Source: an uncultured Gemmatimonadaceae bacterium (GTDB lineage Bacteria > Gemmatimonadota > Gemmatimonadetes > Gemmatimonadales > Gemmatimonadaceae). From it: DNA of 64,000 nucleotides. The position numbers were made by a program, and so were the translations under genes. The stretch lies in assembly GCA_963740355.1 (NCBI GenBank), contig CAVUDW010000003.1:704001-768000 (forward strand), in the 5' to 3' direction. Each line of letters starts with the position of its first letter. The stretch's first letter is position 1. This document shows, one piece after another, positions 59,816-64,000 of the stretch. The notes beneath the pieces were generated by a model. The model searched no databases. It saw nothing but the letters and a program-made list of their open reading frames with translations, and had not been told where the DNA came from.

Positions 59816-59984
59816 CGTGACGTCTCCGATTTAGTCACCATCCGTGGCGCAGAGCCGCAGATCGAGCCACGTGATCTGGACGACTGATTGCGCGCGAGCC
59901 ATACTGCATCGGGGGGCGCGACGAAGATCGGCCTCCACCCGGATACTATGACGCGTACCGCCTTGCCGACACACCGGAGTATCA

Positions 59985-61745
59985 GTGACCCTGAAGCTGG
60001 CGCTCTGGATCTCCGGAATACTCGGCGGCATCGCCCTCGCCGCACCGCAGCTGGTGGTGGTGGGCCTGTTCCTGATCGTGCCCGGCTTCGTACTGATGCT
60101 GGCGCCGACCGTGTTCATCTACCTGGCGACATTCGCAGTGACCCGGCTGCTGCTTCCGATGGCGCCAGGACCCGGAGTGAACATGGCAGCTGCTGCGCTC
60201 ACTGCCATTCTCGGGTGGGCGGTCGTTCAACCCGCTGCGCTCGCCGGGAAGGCGGCCTTCGCTCGTGCCGACCTGCCTGACGTGATTCCAGACGCGCCGG
60301 TTCCATTGCGTGGCAACATTCATCTCGAGACCGGCGACGTCACGGTCACGCGCACGAAACCGGCGACGATCGAGTGTACGGCTCTCTGCGCGGCGCTGCT
60401 TGACACGCCCGGCGTCGAAAGCGTCACGATATCCAGCAGCAAGCGTGACGTTCAGGTTGCGCCGATCACATTTCGATTGGTGCAAAAGGCTTCGACGACG
60501 CAAGCCACGCTGTCACCCGTCAAGCCGGAAGCGATTCTCGCGCTACTGCCCAAAGTTTCCGCACCGGCGCCGCCAAGGAACTTCAAGGCCGAACATGCTC
60601 TGCGTGAGGAACGCTCTGCCGCGGTTGCGGCGGCTTGGGCAGTCCGCCTTGCAACACGCGAATCGTTGATCGCCGACGCAGCCGCACCTCCTGCTGACAT
60701 GACCATTCGTGTCACGAAGGATCGCAGCACGAGATCCGCGCCGACGATCTCGCGTGTCGAGATCCTCGACCAGGGGCTGAAGCCGTTGTTCCGCCGATCG
60801 GTCGTCGCCATGCGTGTGCTCGCGGCGCCCCTGCACTTCAGCGGCCAAGGCGGCCTCGAGACCTTCCGGATGACGCTTGGCCATCGCACGTTGCGGCGCG
60901 GCGCGGACTACCCGGAGATGGTGGCTGGCACGGAACTCTTCAGCCACAGCTCGCTCGCCAGGCCTACGACGGATTCGTCGTTGCGCTCCGACATGCTGCG
61001 CCTCCTTGACATGGCGCTCGCTGATCCGCGGCGCGATGCCACAGATCCTGCATTCGGCCTGGCGAGCATCTGGTTTTCATCCACTTCATGGCGAGACTCA
61101 TTACCCGCGCAGGAGGTCGCGTTGCTGGCTCGTGCCATCGCAGACCCGCGCGTGCCGATTACACGGAGCCTCTATGATGGCTACGCAAAAAAGGTCGCGC
61201 CCGCACTGCGCGCCGCCCTCGGCGCTCGCATCGTGCATCCGGAGTCGCCGGAGCAGGCGCGCACACAGCTCGCGACGCTGCTGAGCAACATGCCGGCCGG
61301 AACCTTCGCCACGCTGAGCGCCGACGAGCGGACGATGATCGGCAATGGCGCACTGCGCCGGCAGTCGTACCCGATGGTGACGCGACTGGCTGACCGCGGC
61401 GCCGCAGCCGTTCCGGACCTGCTTGCCATCCTCGAAAGCGACGCGGAGATTCAGCCCTGGAGCAACAAGATGTCAATCCTTCGCGCGCTGCAAAAGGCAT
61501 TCTTGATACTCGGGCCGAAGGCAGGCAGCGCACTACCGGTCGTGCAGCGGCTGGTGCTGCAGCAGCGCTCCCCGATTCTCAATAGTTCAGGCGATCGCGA
61601 CGATTGGTATCTGGCGCTTGTGCGTATGGGCGCGTCGATTGACGACCTCGACTTCTCAAAAACCTCACCTGAGATGGCGGCGCGCGACCGTGAGCAGCTC
61701 CTGAAGCGGGTGGCGAAGTACAATGCGGAGAACGACCAGCTCTAG
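59985..61745 (+). CDS. Hypothetical membrane-anchored protein with helical C-terminus
   Basis: 586-aa ORF, N-terminal TM segments, CTALC motif; GGAG RBS. Confidence 0.7.
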   Translation: MTLKLALWISGILGGIALAAPQLVVVGLFLIVPGFVLMLAPTVFIYLATFAVTRLLLPMAPGPGVNMAAAALTAILGWAVVQPAALAGKAAFARADLPDVIPDAPVPLRGNIHLETGDVTVTRTKPATIECTALCAALLDTPGVESVTISSSKRDVQVAPITFRLVQKASTTQATLSPVKPEAILALLPKVSAPAPPRNFKAEHALREERSAAVAAAWAVRLATRESLIADAAAPPADMTIRVTKDRSTRSAPTISRVEILDQGLKPLFRRSVVAMRVLAAPLHFSGQGGLETFRMTLGHRTLRRGADYPEMVAGTELFSHSSLARPTTDSSLRSDMLRLLDMALADPRRDATDPAFGLASIWFSSTSWRDSLPAQEVALLARAIADPRVPITRSLYDGYAKKVAPALRAALGARIVHPESPEQARTQLATLLSNMPAGTFATLSADERTMIGNGALRRQSYPMVTRLADRGAAAVPDLLAILESDAEIQPWSNKMSILRALQKAFLILGPKAGSALPVVQRLVLQQRSPILNSSGDRDDWYLALVRMGASIDDLDFSKTSPEMAARDREQLLKRVAKYNAENDQL

Positions 61746-61815
61746 ACGCGGGTGAATGCCGAACCGACGCCGCACGCATTGACTCGAATGATCCAGCGTC
61801 GCGCCGTTCCCACAA

Positions 61816-64000
61816 TCACCGCGGCGGCGAGAACGCAACCTCGTAACGGCGACCGGCTTCGACGGCGAATTCGATCGTGTCTGCCCCACGTTGTGCGACC
61901 CGCACGCGCCGCCCATTGGTGCTGACCGTCGCACTCCCGTTCACCGCAATACGGCAGACACGTGTGAGGTGCGCGTGCACCGTCGCTCGCGTGACCCGCG
62001 CATTCGCCCACGCCACGTCAACATCGAAGCCTCCCCGTGCGCGCAGTCCGCTGACACTGCCGTCCTTCCATTCCGCGGGAAGTGCCGGAAGCAGGCGTAT
62101 GACATCCTGATGCGACTGCAGCAGCATTTCCGCGATCGCCGCGGTGGCACCGAGGCTGCCGTCCACCTGCAGCGCCCGCCCGCAGAGCGAGAACAGGTTC
62201 GGCAACGATGACCTGGTGAGCATCGCACGCAACTGCTCGAGCGACTTCTCGCCGTCGTAGAGCCGCGCGCGCAAACCCATCTTCCACGCATACGACCATC
62301 CACAGCCGCCGGTGCCGCGCCGATCGAGCGTTACGGCGGCCGCCGCTGCCAGCGCAGGCGTGCGCTCCGGCGTGATTTCGCTTCCGGGATACAGTCCCCA
62401 CAACGGTGACAGGTGCCGATGCTGCGGCTCGAGATCGTCCCAGTCCTCCAGCCACTCCTGCAACTGGCCATGCTTGCCAACCTGATTCGGCGCCAACCGT
62501 GCGCGCGCCGCGGTCACTTCTCCGGCCAGCGCGCTATCGGCGTGCAACAACGCTGACGCCTCCGCGAATGCACCGAAGACATCACGAATGATGTGAGTGT
62601 CCATGGTCGGTCCCGCCGCCATCGTGTAGGCACTGAGCGAGATGCCGCTCACTTCGTCGAAAAACTCGCCGTTGCCTGGCCACGCCGGATAGTTCTCGGG
62701 TGAGTTGGACGGTGCCGTCACCAGCCAGCCCTTGCCCGGATATGGAACCAGCACATCGATCAGGAAACGCGACTGGTCGCGCAACATGGGGTAGATGCGC
62801 CTCAGATAGGCCGTGTCACCGCCGAATCGAAAGTGTTCGTACAGATTCGTCATCAGCCATGCACCGCCCACCGGCCACGCTCCCCAGGATGGGCCGTCCA
62901 TCGGCGCAGTGGCGCGCCACAGATCGGTGTTCTGGTGCACGACCCAGCCCCTCGCCCCCCAATGCTCCCGCGCGGCCTCAACGCCGGTCGTGGCCACATC
63001 GCGCACCAGAGCCTCCAACGGCGCGACCATCTCGCCGAGATTCGACGTCTCGGCGGGCCAATAGTTCATGGGGAGGTTGATGTTGATCGTGTACTTCGCG
63101 TCCCACCATGGATTCGAGTTGTCGTTCCAGATGCCCTGCAGGTTGGCGGCCTCGGTGCCCGGCCGCGAGCTGGCAATCAGCAGGTAGCGGCCAAACTGAT
63201 AGGTCAGTGCGGCAAGATCCGGATCAGGTGACGTGGCGTAGCGCTTGATCCGCTCATCGGTCGGCATGGACAGGACATCGGCACTGCTCCCAGCGAGCGC
63301 CAGCTGTACTCGCCCGAACCAGCGCTGATGTTCAGCGACGTGATCGCGCAGCATGGTGCTGTAAGACTTCGCCGCAAGGCGATCGAGCACAGACCGGACG
63401 CGTTCCGCCGGGTTGCCACTGACATCCTTGTAGTTGACGAAACTCGTCGCTGCCGCCAGCACGATCGTGACGGCGTCGGCATTCCTGACCGACAAGGTGC
63501 GGTAGTCCACCGAGACGTCGCCGTTCGAGCCCTCTGTGCGCGCCTGCAATCGAGCTTCATAGGTGAGACGGCCTGGAATCCCGAGATAGTCCGAGTTCTT
63601 GCCGGTGAGGCGCAATCCGTTCGGCGCCACGCCATCCATCTGGAAATAATCCGTGCCATAGTTGGAGTGCGCCGGATTGCGCACGCCGTGCAATGCGGCC
63701 GTGAACGTCAGCGCCCCAGGCTTGCTGGCCGAGAGGTGTATCACGATCGCCTGGTCTGGCGCGCTCACGATCACTTCGCGGGTGAACGTCACGCCGCCGA
63801 CCACATAGCTGACGCGCGAGAGCGCGGAGTCGAGCACCAGTTCACGCCGATAATTTGTGACGCTGTCGTGCCCGGGGAACGACATCAGCAAGTCACCCAG
63901 CGGCTGGTACTTCATCTGTTCGTATGGCACGCCCATCATCGTGCGCCCGAACAGGTCATGCGCCTTCGGGACGTCGCCCGCGAACAGCAGTCTACGAATG
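61816..64000 (-). CDS. Glycoside hydrolase family 95 (alpha-L-fucosidase-like), 5' part outside the window
   Basis: YQPLGDL, QFGRYLLIASSR, ANLQGIWN, YTININ, QLQEW, HRHLS.LWGLYP, AEMLLQSH, LRARGG. Confidence 0.95.
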   Translation of the reverse strand, partial: IRRLLFAGDVPKAHDLFGRTMMGVPYEQMKYQPLGDLLMSFPGHDSVTNYRRELVLDSALSRVSYVVGGVTFTREVIVSAPDQAIVIHLSASKPGALTFTAALHGVRNPAHSNYGTDYFQMDGVAPNGLRLTGKNSDYLGIPGRLTYEARLQARTEGSNGDVSVDYRTLSVRNADAVTIVLAAATSFVNYKDVSGNPAERVRSVLDRLAAKSYSTMLRDHVAEHQRWFGRVQLALAGSSADVLSMPTDERIKRYATSPDPDLAALTYQFGRYLLIASSRPGTEAANLQGIWNDNSNPWWDAKYTININLPMNYWPAETSNLGEMVAPLEALVRDVATTGVEAAREHWGARGWVVHQNTDLWRATAPMDGPSWGAWPVGGAWLMTNLYEHFRFGGDTAYLRRIYPMLRDQSRFLIDVLVPYPGKGWLVTAPSNSPENYPAWPGNGEFFDEVSGISLSAYTMAAGPTMDTHIIRDVFGAFAEASALLHADSALAGEVTAARARLAPNQVGKHGQLQEWLEDWDDLEPQHRHLSPLWGLYPGSEITPERTPALAAAAAVTLDRRGTGGCGWSYAWKMGLRARLYDGEKSLEQLRAMLTRSSLPNLFSLCGRALQVDGSLGATAAIAEMLLQSHQDVIRLLPALPAEWKDGSVSGLRARGGFDVDVAWANARVTRATVHAHLTRVCRIAVNGSATVSTNGRRVRVAQRGADTIEFAVEAGRRYEVAFSPPR

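Overview
This is a high-GC bacterial chromosomal window. Gene content suggests Gemmatimonadota, but that is inference only. I saw no rRNA, tRNA, CRISPR, IS transposase or integrase. The left end holds a peptide ABC permease pair, a 2-hydroxyacid dehydrogenase, a tandemly duplicated two-gene module (large helical/HEAT-like protein plus HD-GYP phosphodiesterase; several apparent frameshifts) and a GMC oxidoreductase pair. The centre (about 20.0-36.9 kb) is the most notable part. Two diverged copies of a ~290-bp non-coding leader (20008-20302, 27131-27421) each head a run of short, co-oriented + strand ORFs. These ORFs are separated by attC-like imperfect hairpins and include two toxin-antitoxin pairs, so the region looks like integron cassette arrays with no intI. 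The right half has a composite REP/BIME-like repeat, an ECF sigma/zinc anti-sigma locus with an identical bipartite promoter motif upstream of two neighbouring transcription units, and a TetR operator palindrome. It also has two signal-less effector-like proteases (YopT/C58-like and M35-like), a putative periplasmic flavo-oxidase/cytochrome c/RidA trio and a partial GH95 gene. All family calls come from recognising motifs by eye, not from database searches.
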